Assembly (NCBI RefSeq): GCF_036321535.1
Contig: NC_087472.1
Coordinates: 100,132,001-100,196,000 of the forward strand
From: Camelus dromedarius
Taxonomy: Eukaryota
Direction of reading: 5' to 3'
DNA length: 64,000 nt
Part shown: positions 37,979-52,177 of the stretch, piece by piece
How positions within the stretch are numbered: position 1 is the first letter of the stretch
Layout of the letters: each line of letters opens with the position of its first letter
The notes under the pieces: model-generated
What the model saw: only the letters and a program-made list of their open reading frames with translations
The model's database searches: none
Told to the model about the DNA's origin: nothing
Translations under genes and position numbers: made by a program

Positions 37979-40900
37979 GTAATTCCCGTCAGACATCAAC
38001 AACCCTGGGAGCTTTGTCAGAGTTTTCTCTTCACATCCATGGGGATGATGTACCCTTAAGGGACCATAGTGCCCAGAGGGTGGGGAACCCGGCCAATCAT
38101 TTTTAAGTCAACCTGGAATCCGTTATCGTTCCGTACTACCTCACTAAGTTGGCTGTTTGGGTGTAGCCAAAAGAGAAAAAGACTGAAGTTGAGGTCAGGT
38201 TTGAGCCTGTATTTGGCCCCAACTCCCTGTGCAACCTTGGTAAGTGATAAATAACTTCTCTGGAGTTGTCTCATCTAGAAAATAAGGAACTTAAGTCATT
38301 GATTTTCTTCAGTGCTTTTAACTCTGAGGTTCCGTGTTTCAAGATCATTTCTGAACATGATTTCCTACCCACCCCCAACCCAGTCAGCTGTTGAGGTTGT
38401 TAAAGTGCATCAGCAAAGTCATTCTGACCGTAAGTTCTTGGGCTCTAAAATCTGTGATGCACTGAGTCAGGCTGAAGCCATCCTGACCTCATGGTATCCT
38501 GTGATGTGTTCTTTGTAGATTTATGTTGGAGAAGGTGTGAAGTACGAATTCAAGGGTTGACAGGTTTGGGTTTGAATCCCAGCTTAGGGGATTCCTCGTC
38601 ATGTAGCCTTGGAACAGTCTGCTCACCTCTTTGAGCCTCAGTGCTCAAGAAACCAGTCCTTAAAATGTTCTTCTAAAGCTTAAAGGCAGAAAAATTATTC
38701 TACTCAACCAAAGGATCCAGTTATTTTGCCTGCAGCCAATTTAAAGGATTTACTCCTGAAAGTTATGTTATAAGGAGAGGGATTTGTCCTTCCAAAATGA
38801 ATGAAAATCCGAAGCTTTGGCAGAACTGACTTCAGATGAAATGTACGGGACCTCACGTCCCTTTGGCTGGCGCAGTGGCTCCCTGAACCGTGGAGTGTTA
38901 CAGCTGTAGGATTGATGTCCGGTGCGCGCTCGTTAACCGTCTGTTCCCCTTTTCTATCCTGTCACCTCTTCTGCGGACACAGGGTTTCTGCTACAGACTT
39001 TAATGGGAGAAGAAGACTGGAAACCCAGACACATGTGACTACATGCCAATGTAGAAAACAAATGGGGGAACCTTTCGTGGCACGTTCCTGGGAAGCCTCA
39101 TTCAGTCACACTTTGCTAACTGTTGCCTGATTGTTCAGTGAACATTTTAGTGAAGCTCCGGGAGCAAACTCTCCCATATCGTCTTTTCAGGTTTGACAAG
39201 GAAGTAGGCTAGCTTAAGTCCGCTTGATGAGCAAGGTCTTTGCAAGAGGTGGACTCAAGTTTGTTTCTCATTCAGTTTTTTGTATGTTTCAGTAGGAAAA
39301 CAACTCTTTTTATTTGGTTTAATTTCAAAGAACTTCAAATACCTGTTGGCTGATTGCATCCCTTGACCTACTAGGTACCTGGCAAGGGTTAGCGAGAGGG
39401 TTTATGGTGCTTATGGTTTAACACATCTGTAACGGGGATGGTGGATGAGTTTTCAGCTCAAGTGCCAACTTTGATAGATTGGTAAAAGCCACCCGGAGCC
39501 CTGTGCTGGAAAGGGGTTTGAAGCCATTTCCAAGTTCACATTGATTAGCAGCATCTTTCCTGGTTTCTAGAGGGAGAAATGGCTGCATGTTTATTGCATA
39601 TATGATGTCCCCAAGCCATACTTTATTCAGTGTTTTGTTTATTTACTTACAAGTTACCATTCTTACTAGGTTTCTTAGTTTATTAAAGCTATTTTTCAGA
39701 ATTACCCTTGAAAACAAGACTAAAGTGTAAATTTTTACTTGTCAGGCTAACCTAATAACACTTTAATAGCTTTGATGCCTTTTTATAGTCCACCAAATGG
39801 CCAATGGCTTTCACCCAGCTTAATGACTCATTTGATTAATCATAGAATTTTAAACATTAGTAGAATCTGCTAATTGGCTCATCATTTGGGTACTAACCAA
39901 TAGACAAATACGGAAATAAAAAAATTAAAGCAGTGCACTGATATTTTTACATCAGAGTGCTTGCTGTGGGGCGTCACTTCATTCTTGAAGTGTTAATTGA
40001 GATCTTATTTTAAGCATTGGACCAGGCTGTGTACTGTATACACTTTTGGGGGGCATCGTTTAAAAACTATTCAAAGTGAGTAACATTTGTTATTCTTATG
40101 TGTTGTTTCTCCTTCTCTGAAGACTAGTATTTAATTGAACTTACTCTTTTTTTTTTAGTAAACAAACTCATTTTACTTTCTACAGTTAAATTATTTCAGC
40201 TACTTAATGGGTTGATAGTATTACAGCTTGGCAATGCCTAGTCTCCATAAAAAAAATTACTGGGAAAGTGGGCAATTTAAATTAATCTATGGTCATTGTA
40301 AGTTGGCCTCCTTGTACCAAATTAGGTCATTTTTAAAGATTTTAAACCAAGTACCAGATCCTAGCATTGGTTCTCTGAGAGGCTATGGTGAGACATTCCA
40401 GTGTGGATTTAAACTGCTTTATGTGTTGTCATCCATCCATGTTATTATCCAGATGCCCAGATGAGGGAAGTTATGTTTTACATTAGAAAAGCATTCTGGT
40501 TGTTGAAAATGACAAGGAGAGTGGCGGATAAAGGCAGAGGTTGTCTGTAAGGGTCCAGGCACGGCTTCTTGGATTGCTGGTGGACACGTCCAGATTCTGG
40601 CTCTCAACCAAATGAAAAAGGCTTTATGATTATTCGCTGGGGACACCTGATACATATAGTTTAAAGAGGTTCTCATTTTACTCTGTTTCATGGCTTTGGA
40701 GTTTTGTTCAGCTTTTGAAAATTTCTCAACAGTGGGGGAAATTACTGTTCAAGTAAGGTACCTTCTTGGCCTCTGAGTTTGAAAATACCAGAGGAAGGGA
40801 AGAGGGGTGGGGTGGATAGCAAGGCCTCTGTGTCATCCAAATACATGCAAATACATATGGGATCAACTTTGAAAATATTTTCTAAGTCGAAATGAACTGA

Positions 40901-41119
40901 TTTTTCTTTGTTACTGTTGAGTGGTTAGTTTCTGCAAAATGTGACTCACAAGTAGGACGTGTCTCCTGTTGGCTGATGCAGGGAGGCTCAGGCCCAGGCG
41001 AGGCTCCCATGTGTTAGCCTGTCATGTCAATGAGAACCGAGTTGGTTTCAGCTGCTAGAGTAAACAGAGTCCTGGATGCATGTGAATGCAACTAGAGGTT
41101 TTCCTGTTTCCCTCTCCAG

Positions 41120-41288
41120 TGTCTATTACAAAGAAACCTTGTTAAATGACATCCAGAGAGCCAGAGAGAAATACCAGGGTGATGAACTGGTGAAGGAGCT
41201 GGCTCGGATCAAACTCTGCCTGGATAATACTGAGGTTCTGACCGCAGACATTGTCATTAATTTACTGCTGTCCTACCGCAATATCCAG
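41120..41288 (+). pseudogene. MAP3K15: MAP3K15 exon (exon 5 equivalent), frame open
   Basis: ctctccAG|TGTCTA...ATCCAG|GTatga, 169 bp. Encodes VYYKETLLNDIQRAREKYQGDELVKELARIKLCLDNTEVLTADIVINLLLSYRNIQ, the core of track ORF 41076-41294. Confidence 0.95.
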
Positions 41289-42534
41289 GTATGAAATATG
41301 TTTAGCTGAGGCTAATGCATGCTGAGTTCTCCCTTGACATGGGGAATTCCTTCTGTGAAGTGCTCTTACACTTGGTGTGTGGTTAGGTAGCTATTCTGTA
41401 GATACAATAGGAATGTGGGTAGGTCATAGGTCACTTAGCATACCTGTTGTGGTGGAAATATTGGAGAGGGTTTTGTCATATCAGAAGGTTGCTCCAACAA
41501 AATCTCATTGACAGTACTCCTCGATAAAAGGATCTCAGAATTGAGCAGTTTATGTGCACTTTGTGCTAGGCATTGTTCCAAGCCCTTTGCAAATTGTAAT
41601 TCACTTAATCCCCTTCACAAGCCTACGGGGTGTATACTCTGATTATCCCCAGTTTACAAATGCGGAGCATGAGACACAGAGAAGTTAAGTCACTTGCCTA
41701 AGGTCACTCAGCAGTGGCAAAGTCAAAATTCAAACTGAAGCAGCCAGCTCTGTTGCCCTTGCTCTTAACTCCTCTGCTCTGCAGCTTCCTCTAGGCCGTT
41801 GTCACTTCCTTCTTTGTTTACCACCACTTATTAGTGAAAGGGGGGAGGAAATGAGTCATTTCCTCCCTCCAAGTTTAGTGCCGTGGAGCCATTTCTAAGG
41901 ATGTCTTGCCTTCCTTTCCTTTGGAGGAACGCAGGGCAATGCACGTAACCTGCAGAGTTCTACAAAGCCATACTGGAGGTTGTTGGCCACGAGTCTTTAA
42001 ACGAGTGAGGCTTCCATTTATGACCTGAACCAAGAACAGAATCACCCACTTAAGGAACTCATGCCCCTAGTGATAAACAGATGCATCTAATTGATTTTAA
42101 TAGCAGGTGCTATTAGGAATTATGACAATGATTAAATTGTGCCCCATGCAACAAGAGAATGGGAATGAACTTTTTTGAAGTCTTTCTTCCATTGGGCTGC
42201 AGGCTTCCTTCTGTTTCACGCATCTCTCCTATTTATAATTTTCCGTTGGTGGAACTGTCAGGCTCAAGGGTGATTTGGAAGCTTCTTGAAATACTCTGCT
42301 TTCCCTTTCCTTGGGCAGCAGCATCGAGGTATAAAGCCATTAAAGAGGCATGAGAGTTCAGTGGGAAGTCCTCATCTGCTAACTGTGGCCGGCTGTCATC
42401 GAGTTGGCCAGGAACAGTGATTCTAAGCCTGGCTGAAAGAGTAGCAGATGGCTCTGCTCAGAGGGGACACAGCTCAGACAGACACGGTAGCCATTTTTCC
42501 CTGGGTAATTATGTAGTTTAGAGCTGTTGTTGTC

Positions 42535-42727
42535 AAGCAGGGGACATGTGGCAGTGTCTGGAGACATTTTTGGTTGTCACAACTCAGGAGGGAGGGGGAG
42601 ATGCTGCTGGCATCTAGTGGGTCAAGGCCACGGACGCTGCTGACCATCCTGTGTTGCACGGCACAGCCCTCACCATAAAGAAGGGTCCAGCCCCCGATAT
42701 CAGCAGTGCCAAGGTTGAGAGACTCAG
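42535..42727 (-). mobile_element. MER20 DNA transposon remnant
   Basis: ggcagtgtctggagacatttttggttgtcacaact...gctgctggcatctagtgggt...gccaaggttgaga. Confidence 0.8.
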
Positions 42728-43176
42728 GTTTAGATGAATTTGATTGTTTCTGAAAAATAGGAAGGACTTTATGTGGCAAATGCCTGAAAGATTTCTTATA
42801 TATTTATGTCCAGTTCATTTTAGCCCACAGCCCTGCTGGTGGTGTTGACTCTCTTGCACTCAAAATGTCATAGCTTTTTCCTAGCTGCTGGATCATTTGC
42901 CTTCTTTTGTTGGCTTTGAATCTCACCTCCTTCCCTTGGTCCTTTTGTGGCCTCTGATAGTGTGGATTCTTTCTCTGTCTTCTCTTTCATGCATCTTGTT
43001 GGTTTTTTTTTTTTTTTTAAATCTCATTGCTGTTCTCTCAAGAGCCTTAACTTCACTAAGTGCTGTCTGTAGGGAGAGGCTTGTATTTAAATGCTGGTCT
43101 CATGTTTGTAACTGTTCAAGAAAATCTGTGAAGAGCGGTGTTTCCTCGTTCTCATCTCGGGACCTCTTGCCAACAG

Positions 43177-43283
43177 GACTACGATGCTATAGTGAAGCTG
43201 GTAGAAACACTGGAAACCCTGCTGACATGTGATTTGGCCGACCAGCACAATATTAAATTCCACTATGCATTTGCACTGAATAG
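43177..43283 (+). pseudogene. MAP3K15: MAP3K15 exon (exon 6 equivalent), frame open
   Basis: caacAG|GACTAC...AATAG|GTaaga, 107 bp. Encodes [36 protein letters not shown]; phases fit both neighbouring exons. Confidence 0.95.
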
Positions 43284-44029
43284 GTAAGAATGATAATGTA
43301 CGTATAGAGTTTTGAAACCTGCCACCTGTTAAATTCTGTTTCCCTCTTTCATTCAACCCTCACTGAATATGAGCCAGATCATGAGCTGGAATGCCAAGGT
43401 TATGAAAATGGGTAAGGCATGGTCTTAGTCTTCAGGGAGTTTGTCTTTGGAACATATATTCTAGCTGTGAGGCCAGACATGTAACTAAATCCCTACAGCT
43501 CATAGTGATAGACATCCTCATGAACATCGAGGCATAGTGGAGGGAGGAAGTCATTCTCCTTAGGGGATTTAAAGAAGCTTCTCTGGGGTCTTTTGGGCTG
43601 GGTTTTGAAGACATAGTAAGAGTTGCTCCATGAGTGGGAGAGAGTGCAGGATGGGGGTGGTGAAAAGGCCATTCTGCTCGGCCAGAAGTGTGAATGTAGA
43701 GTTCTTCGTGTGCAGTGTGCCTTCAGGAAACATCCGGGGCGCAAGATGTAGGTGAAGCAAATGCATGCAGTGAGGCAGAGTGTGGAGGGTGGGACTGTGT
43801 CTTGGAAGGACCTTGTATACACGTATAAGGAGCTGAGAATAACCTGGAGACTGGTGGGGTGGGGAGGGTGGGGCTACTTTAAACAACAGAACTCACATTG
43901 TGTGATGGGGAATGAGGGTGCTGCCTTTTTGTAATAGTATAATCTGAACTTTGAAATACAAATTAAGGGGCTAGGTAGAGTATGTGAGACTTGGAAATTC
44001 CTACCTGGAGACAATGAGCCTCAAAAGCT

Positions 44030-44460
44030 ATTGCCAGGGGCATCAGCTAAGATGCTGTAGCAAAGAGACCCCAAATGCAATGATTTAAATAAAATTGAAA
44101 TTTCTCTTTCACATAGTCTAGAGGTGAGTGGACCAGTTAGTGGTGCATAGCACTGTTCCAGGAGTTGTTCAAGGACCTAACTTCTGTCCATTTTGTAGCT
44201 CTTTCATTCCCGAGACTGTCGTCCTCTTCTAGTTGAAGCTAGGTCACTGCTACTCTGTGTTCCAGCCTAATGAAAGGAGTAAAGAGTAGAAGCCCAGGGC
44301 AAGCAACTGCCTTTAAAGCAAGTAGAATTTGCGCAGGCCACTTCTACTTACATTCCAATGATGAGAGCATAGTCACATGACCACATCTAGCTGTAAGGGA
44401 AGCTGGGAAATGTAGTCTCGAGATGAGTGGCCATGTGCCCATCCAAATTCAACTACTGTG
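44030..44460. mobile_element. MaLR (MLT1-type) LTR remnant
   Basis: tagtcacatgaccacatctagctgtaagggaagctgggaaatgtagtc is a typical MLT1 motif. A related remnant at about 53283-54255 is split by an L1M 3' end at about 53520-54075. Confidence 0.65.
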
Positions 44461-44964
44461 GATTTGGAGGATAACTAGGGGTTTGCCATATCGAATCTCA
44501 CAAAATCCCAGCTGCGTAAATGTCTTAGTCCTACAGTCACCCTTCCTCCTCTGATAATATATAGGAAGAGGGGTAGCATTATGTGAACATGGTGAGAACC
44601 AGGCCCAGATAGCCTTTCCGCTGGGCCTGACCTCTGCCGGGGCTAGGAACTGGTCATGCTTGAATCATAACAGCAAAAAACTCTGGGAGGGTTTCAAATG
44701 TGGCTTGAGAAGCAAAGCTCTGGCACCTCCCTAGCAACCTTCCTCCACGGCCAGCGTCTTCCACAGGGGATGAATAAAGTAAGGGTTGGCAGTGACATGA
44801 GTCATAGGACTCTTGTGTCTGATTTCTCACAGGCTTTGTTTTGCTACAGCAGCTGGATTAGGCTGCAGACTGTAGACCTGCCACTGGCAGCCTCTGTGGG
44901 ACAGCAACAACACAGAACCCCACGGCTCCAGGATTCTTGTAATGCCTGTGAGGCCGCATCTCTG

Positions 44965-45515
44965 TTTCATACTGAAGTTTGTAAAATGCACAGACAGTGA
45001 AGTGCATAGGTCTTCATACAAATTGATGAGTTTTAGAAATAGATATACACATGTAAACAAAATATGAAATATTTCCACCCCCAGCTCCGAAAGTTCTCTT
45101 ATGCCCCTTTGCAGATAGTCCCCACCCCTCCATAGGCAGCCACTATTGCAACCTCTGTCTCCATAAATGAGTTTTTCCTGTCCTTAATCTTTGTGTAGGT
45201 GAAATCACACGGTATGTACTCTTTTGTGTCTGGCTTCTTTCACTCAGCATCGTGTTTGTGAGGTTCGTCCATGCTGTTGGATGTGGTTGGTTCGTTCTCC
45301 TTGCTATGGAGTTTTTCGTTATATGGATATTCCACAACTAATGATCTGTTTTCCTACCAATAGACCTTTCGGTCGTTTCTAGCTTGGGGATACTAAGAAC
45401 AGTGCTGCTGTGAACATTCTTGCACATGATATTTGCACACATATGGACATATTTCTGTTGGGTACGTAGCACATGCGTGTGTCCTGCTGTACTAGACACT
45501 GACAAACTGTGGTGG
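44965..45515 (-). mobile_element. Old L1M 3' end
   Basis: ttttgtgtctggcttctttcactcagcat...gctgctgtgaacattcttgcacatg. Confidence 0.7.
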
Positions 45516-48374
45516 TCAGGATTTTGATTCCTTTTTGAGGGGAGGCTTCATGGTCTCTGTGAAAATGTGCCTCATCTCTCCACAGTCGTCCTTAAACTCA
45601 GCATCCCAGGGCAAGGAGTGTTGGGAAGGGCATCTTCCTTAAGCCTGAAAAAAAAGTCCTGTAACTCTGTTCCTCCAGAGGAGTGTGTTCAGCTTTTATT
45701 TGTACTTAATTATACTTGATTGATCCTTGACTCAAGGATAAAATGAGTTATCACTGGTGAATTTTCTAGAAGAATGCCTGGCACACTAATGCTATTTTAA
45801 AAAATAGTTTGTTAGATTAAAAAAAAGAAAGCCATTTAAGTCACTCACCACCAAGTCTTTTCCCAGACCAAGGAGAGGTAACTGTTGTCAAACAGAATGA
45901 AATAATCTGATTACCTTCCACTCAAAGTAATAAAAGAATGAAATATGTTTTGAAATAAAGAGTCAGTATCTAAGAGAAGTGGGTGTGGCAGGATGAAGTG
46001 ATCCCCGGATGATATGTGTTTCCCATTTGGAAGCAGAATGGCTGGGATTGTTCCCCAGAGAGCCCCCTTTCTCTCTGATGATGGGTCTTTTCCTTCTGGT
46101 CCGATGGTCCTCTGTTAGACAGTGGTTCTCTTCACTGCCAGGAAGATAATCACCACAAATACATTTTGAGGCCAGGCTGGCTCCTTCAATGCCAAGAACC
46201 TTATTTTCTCGAACCACAGAGGGATTTCCTGTAGCGTGGCAATGTTTGCTTCATTTATACATGTAGTCAGATCCTGGATTTCGTGTCTTCGCTCTAGGGA
46301 TAACTTGGCCAGCTGTCAGTGTAGCCGCAGTAGGATTTGGCATTATGCACATTTCTGAGAAAGTCGACGGAGATCACCATGTGCCTATAAAGAGCAACAT
46401 AGTGATGGACAGATAATGAATTTTCCTGCATTAGAGTTGACGTTTAACTCCTATGAAGTGGAGCAAATCATGGCCGTAAATGTTACTGAAGATTGGCAAT
46501 AACAAATGATCAAATCCTCAGCTGACAAGGACCCCCTGTATTAGGGAAGCTGCCTTGAGCTGAGTCTTTTCCTGATAGCTTTCCCTTCTCTGAATTCAGA
46601 AGCCCATTCAAAGCTACTTCAGGTTTCCTTTAGTGGTGAAATTTCTTGCCTCCCAATGGCATGGAATGAACATTTTTTATTTGATGTTGCTTTTACAGAC
46701 AGGGCTTTACTAGATATGCTCATGCAGCCGGAAGATGCTGACCAGTTCACGCAGCAGGCAGAGGCATGGTCTGGAAGAATAGGAGGATCAAAGTCCTAGA
46801 TTTAAAAACAGCAAAACTCACCTGTCGCAAAGTAGGAGTGTGCTCATATTCTACTCCCTGCATCTTCAGGTCCAGACCGCCAACCCTGGCAAAACTGAGC
46901 TCACTAAATTACTCAGCAAGTGCAGGTGAAACTGAATGCGTGATGTGTTTATTGGAATAGCTGATGAGTCGCTCTATAAATAAGTTAAGGGGAGTGATGG
47001 GGAGAGGAAGATACTCCGCGGGCCCTAGAAATGTGTGTATCAGGGGCGGAGTGGAAATTACATGAATGTTACTGAATCCAGCCCATGTCAGAGGGGCTGC
47101 AGGCTTGTTCCCGAATCTACAGCAGTCACCTCATCCTCGGCCTCTGGGCTCCCCAGCCAGGTCATTGCTCAGGTGGAGGGACGGTGTGCGCTTGTTGTCT
47201 CTGCAGTAACCACCAGCCTCCTTTTCTTTTTCTTTTGTTTCTGTTCACCGTGCGATCTCACCGTATTCATTTGTATGTTCATGTAAAGAGCCATTTTTTT
47301 ATTACATGTTTGCAAAGAGTAGGAAAATGATATCACCCTACTTTTATAGTGCGTTTGTCTCCAGGTTCCTAAAACCATGCTGCAAAAGAAGAATGCATAT
47401 TTGTGGTGATTGTTTTCCTGGCAGTGAAGAGCAGCACAAAATCTGTGACCTTATAAGGAGTCATCTAGTCTAAATCCTTTATTTTAGAGAGGAGGAAAAA
47501 AGAAGGAAAGGGAAGGGCCTAAAATGAAACAGCTGGTCAATAAGTGATCTGGGACCAGAACTCCCTAATTTTAGCACAATGCTCTACATACACTAGTGTA
47601 ATAATATCATGGCGTCATCAAAGAAACTTCCCAGAAAGCTTTAGCTTATATTTTCTTTGCCTGACGGACAACCACAATAAGCCATGGGCCTCTTGGAATT
47701 GTAGGGCCATGCTTTTTATACATCTTGCTTTTTCATATATGACAAGAGCATTAGACGGTAGCCACTTTTATGATATATACTTTTCCTACCAAAAGACCAG
47801 TTGCATTTTTTTTTCCTGAGAAATGGACCAACCCATGAGCTTCTGAGCACTGGCCTTGCCAATAATACAGATTTTCCTTTTGAAAAATAAATATCCGGAG
47901 AACTTACCACTCCCAGTGTCCTCATTCCTCCGGCTGGCCTTCTGGAGCCTGTGTTATCTTCCTGTTCTGTCAGCTTCCTGCTTCGGTTCCCTCTCTTTTG
48001 CCCTTCCTTCATTTACTGACTTATTTGTGTGCCAGTGGAAGGGCTTTGTGCTAAAGAAGGAGAGAGCTGGTTAGTGGTGACTAAAGTTAACCGGTGATCT
48101 CAAAATGCAGCCACGAGTGTGCATTACATATTTGAACTTACGCAGACAAGTAACTTGTTCTCTTCAAACTAATTGTGCCGCAGTTCTCTGCTTTATTTCG
48201 ACAATGTTGCCATTATTCAGAATATCATTGTATCACTGGGAGGGGGGCGATATTTTTTCTTCAGAGCTGGCTTGTACAGCAGTTAACAGGGTGCATAGGA
48301 AATCAGTATCATTGCTGTGGGCTTTGAAGGCAAACAGATTTGGGTTTGAATTCCTGCTCCTGTATTTTTCTGTG

Positions 48375-48497
48375 TGTGGGGGTGGATGGTAATTAGGTTT
48401 ACTTATTTATTTTATTTTCAGAGGACGTACTGGGGATTGAACCCAGGACCTTGTGTATGCTAAGCATGCGCTCTACCACTTGAGCTATACCTTCCCG
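48375..48497 (-). mobile_element. Vic-1-like SINE inserted in a MIR-like remnant
   Basis: Same consensus on the - strand; flanked by imperfect repeats tcctgctcctgta / tcctgctcttata. Confidence 0.88.
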
Positions 48498-48956
48498 CCT
48501 CCTGCTCTTATACCTAAGTGGCATGGCATATAGTCAAGCCACTAAGTTTCCTGAAGCCTTAGATTCCTCATCTGTAAAATGGGACACTAACGTCTACCAA
48601 GAAGTAAGTATTGACAGAGGTTCTTCTGGAGTGAAGCAGGTGCTCGGCTATGGCTGTGATGATTACTGTGTAGCTTGATGACCCATATTTTTACCAAGTT
48701 TGAGAATTTTTGACCATTTCCAATTATCAAAACTACTAGGAAAATAGAGATTTGCCACCAAAGAAGATATTTAAAAGGAAGGAATTTCATAAAGAAATGT
48801 TGGTAGAAGTGTTGTTAGCATAAGAACATTGTTGGGATAGGGATAAATATCTGGTCCTTTGAGGTGATGATTTTGAATGGGATAGGGTTTGTTAGAATGT
48901 AGCTATTTGTAGAAAAAAGAATATTATGTTTGGTAAAACTCAGTTTATTACTTTAT

Positions 48957-49170
48957 AGGATGTTTCTCAATTTTGTACTATTGATATCTGGAGCTGCATA
49001 ATTCTCTGTTTTGGAGGCTGTCTGATGTATTGTAGGAAGTTTAGCAAAGTCCCAGTCTCCACACTAGATGCCAGTAGCACCACCCCCCCAAGTTGTGTGA
49101 CAACCAGAGGTATCTCCAGACATTGCCAACTGTTCCCTAGGGACAAAATCAGCCTTGCTTGAGACCACTG
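48957..49170 (+). mobile_element. MER20 DNA transposon remnant
   Basis: ccacactagatgccagtagcacc...gacaacc...tctccagacattgccaa...ttgagaccactg. Confidence 0.8.
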
Positions 49171-49397
49171 CTTTATAGGGAGTCATTGTGGGGTGGGTAA
49201 AGAGCATATGCTTTAATGTTTGAATCACTTAATAGCAATATGATATTGACAAGGTAATTAAACTGATTAAACCTGAGTTTGCTTATCTGTAAACCAGAAT
49301 GGAGATGCCTGTGGTGAGGATTAAATGAGATACACCATATGCAAATGTCCTGCACAGACCCTGGCAGCTAGAAGGCTGTTAATAAAAATTCATTTCC

Positions 49398-49462
49398 AGT
49401 GCATGCTTAACATGCACGAAGTCCTGGGTTCAATCCCCAGTACCTCCACTAAAAATAAATAA
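49398..49462 (+). mobile_element. Truncated Vic-1-like SINE
   Basis: gtgcatgcttaacatgcacgaagtcctgggttcaatccccagtacctccactaaaaataaat. Confidence 0.8.
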
Positions 49463-49564
49463 TAAAATTAAATTCCAAAAGTTCGGTTACTCCTCCATTT
49501 ATCCCCACCTTTCATTTCTTAAGTCAAATGGGGAGGCTACCTAGTGTGATATAAAAAGATTATA

Positions 49565-51272
49565 GAATCTCTATCAAAATTCCAATTGCATTTTCCACAG
49601 AAATAGAAAAAACAATCCTAAAATTTGTGTAAGACAAAAGACCCCTAAATAGGCAAAGTAATCTTCAGAAGGAACAAAACTATATCATACTTTCTGATTT
49701 TAAACTGTATGTTTTGCAAAGCTGTTGTGATCAAAATGGTATGATACTGGCATAATGATATAGACACACAGACCAGTGGAACAGAATAGAGAGCTGAGAG
49801 AGAAATCCACACATACCTAGTCAGTTAATCTTTGACAGGGCGCCAGGAATACCTATTGGAGAAAAGACAGTCTCTTCAATAAATTGTGTTGACAAAACTA
49901 GATATTCACCTGCAAAAGAATAAAATTGGACTCTTACACCATATGCAAAAATTAACTTGAAATGGATTATAGACTTACATCTAAGACCTGAAACCATAAA
50001 ACTTTTAGAAGAAAACATAGGGAAAAATTCCTTGACATTGGCCTTGACACTGATTTTTTTGACTATGACATCAAAAGCACAGGCACAAAAGCGAAAATAA
50101 ATAAGTGGGACTACATCAAACTAAAATGCCTCTGTACAGCAAAGGAACCAATCAACAAAATGAAAAGGAAACCTACAGAATGGGAGAAAATATTTGCAAG
50201 CTATCTGTGTGATAAGAGGTTAATCTCTAAAATATGTAAGAAACTCATGCAACTCAACAGAAAAAAATCCGATAAAAAATGGGCAGAGGACCTGAATAGA
50301 TGTTTTTCCAAAGAAGACATACAAATGGCCAAGAGATATATGAAAAGGTGCTCAATATCACTAATCATCAGGGAAGAACAAGTCAAAACCATAATGAGGT
50401 ACCACCTCACATCTATTAGGATAACTATTATAAAAAAGAAGAAAGATAACAAGTACTGGTCAGTATGGAGAAAGGGAACCCTTGTGCGCTGTTGGTGGGG
50501 TTGTAAATTGGTTCAGCCATTATGAAAAACAGTATGGAGGTTTTTAAAAAAATTAAAAATAGAACTACTATATGATCTGGCAACCCCGCTTCTGGGTATA
50601 TATTCAATAGAAATGAAATTAGTAACTCAAAGAGAGATCTGCACTCCCCTGTTGATTGCAGCATTATTCACAGTAGCCAAGATGTGGAAACAACATAAGT
50701 GTTGGTCAACAGATGAATGGCAACAGAAAATGTGTGTGTGTGTATGTATATATATGTGTGTGTGTATATATATATATATTATATATATAATATGTATATA
50801 TATAATATATATGTATATATGCAATGAAATATTATTCAACTATAAAAAGAAGGAAAGCCTGCCATTTGCAAAAACATGGATGTACCTGGAGGACATGATG
50901 CTAAGTAAAATAAGCCAAGCACAGGAAGACAAATATTGTATGATCTCACTTATATGTGGAATCTAAAAATTTCAAGCTTACAGAACCAGAGAGTAGAATG
51001 GTGATTGCCAGGGGTGGTGGATAGAAAAAATGGGGAGATGTTGGTCAAAGGGTACAAACTTTAGTCAGGAATGAGTTCTGGGGATGTAATGTATGATGAC
51101 TACACAGTTAATAATACTGTATTGTATACTTGAAAGTTGCTAAGAGAGTAAATCTTAAGTGTTCTCACCACACAAAAAAAGTAACTATGTGAGGTGATGG
51201 ATGTGTTAACTAACTTAACTGTGGTAATTGTTTCACAATGTACATGTATATTAAATCATCACGTTGTACCCT
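49565..51272 (+). mobile_element. 5'-truncated L1 (L1MA-like ORF2 C-terminus and 3' UTR), sense to MAP3K15
   Basis: Track ORFs 50160-50525 (MKRKPTEWEKIFA...MRYHLT) and 50613-50966; (TG)n(TA)n expansion at about 50731-50820. Confidence 0.9.
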
Positions 51273-52177
51273 CTGGGGGAAAAAAGACTGCAGAAGAGGC
51301 AACACAGCAAGTGTGAAGTGACTTACTGGCTTAGTCTATAGAAAGTATGGCTCTTTAAAGTAAATGAGAAAAACTACTTGTCATTTAGCCAAATAGTGGC
51401 CTGTAGCTCTTAACTGACCAGGAGTTGGTTGTCCAGAGAACATTTAACTTTGGGGTGGTTTGAGAAATATTTGAAAGCCACTTTGCTGTTGATAGCCCAC
51501 AAAACCATGGGCTGGACTGCTGTGGAAGAAATGAGGATAATGGGAATTAATGGGATGGTTTTAATAATTAAATAAGAATATCGTAAGTAAAAAACTACAG
51601 CACAGTGCCTAGCACATAGGAGATGCTGGATAAATGTTAATTGCCCTTCTGTTTCCCAGCAGAGAATCTCAACCATCAGTGTTATGTCATCTTCAACGAT
51701 GGTATTTGAGGAAGGTTTGTTGCGAAGAGATAGGATCTGGAAAGCCATTTGGAGTAAAATGTGAAACTTTAGTGAACAACTCCTCAGTTCTTCCGGGTAG
51801 GAGTCCCTTGATTGAGAAACCTGGCTCTGCTTTGCCTCCCATCCTGCTCCTCCTAGTTCACTGCTCTTTAGCCACCCTCATCTGCCTTCTGCTCTTAAGA
51901 GCAGCAGCCTGTTCTCCCCTGTGGGTGTTTGCAGAAATTTCCTGTCTGGAATGCTCATTGTAACCCGACCGTCCTTCAGAGTCTTGTTTGTTTTATTGAC
52001 ATTTGCTCTTTTTACTTTTTACATTTGTTGTTTTCTTTCCAGTTTTACAAGCAATACATGTTCATTGCAGATAACTAAAAATACATGAAAACATAAAGAG
52101 TAATCACCTATAATCCCCAGCCCCACAGAGATAACCATCATTAGCATTTTGATGCATTTCCTCCCAATGTCTCTGTA

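Noticed and set aside
37780..43283. MAP3K5 (ASK1), MAP3K6, or a processed MAP3K15 retrocopy
   Set aside because: The peptides fit recalled MAP3K15 best, and introns with canonical splice sites are present.
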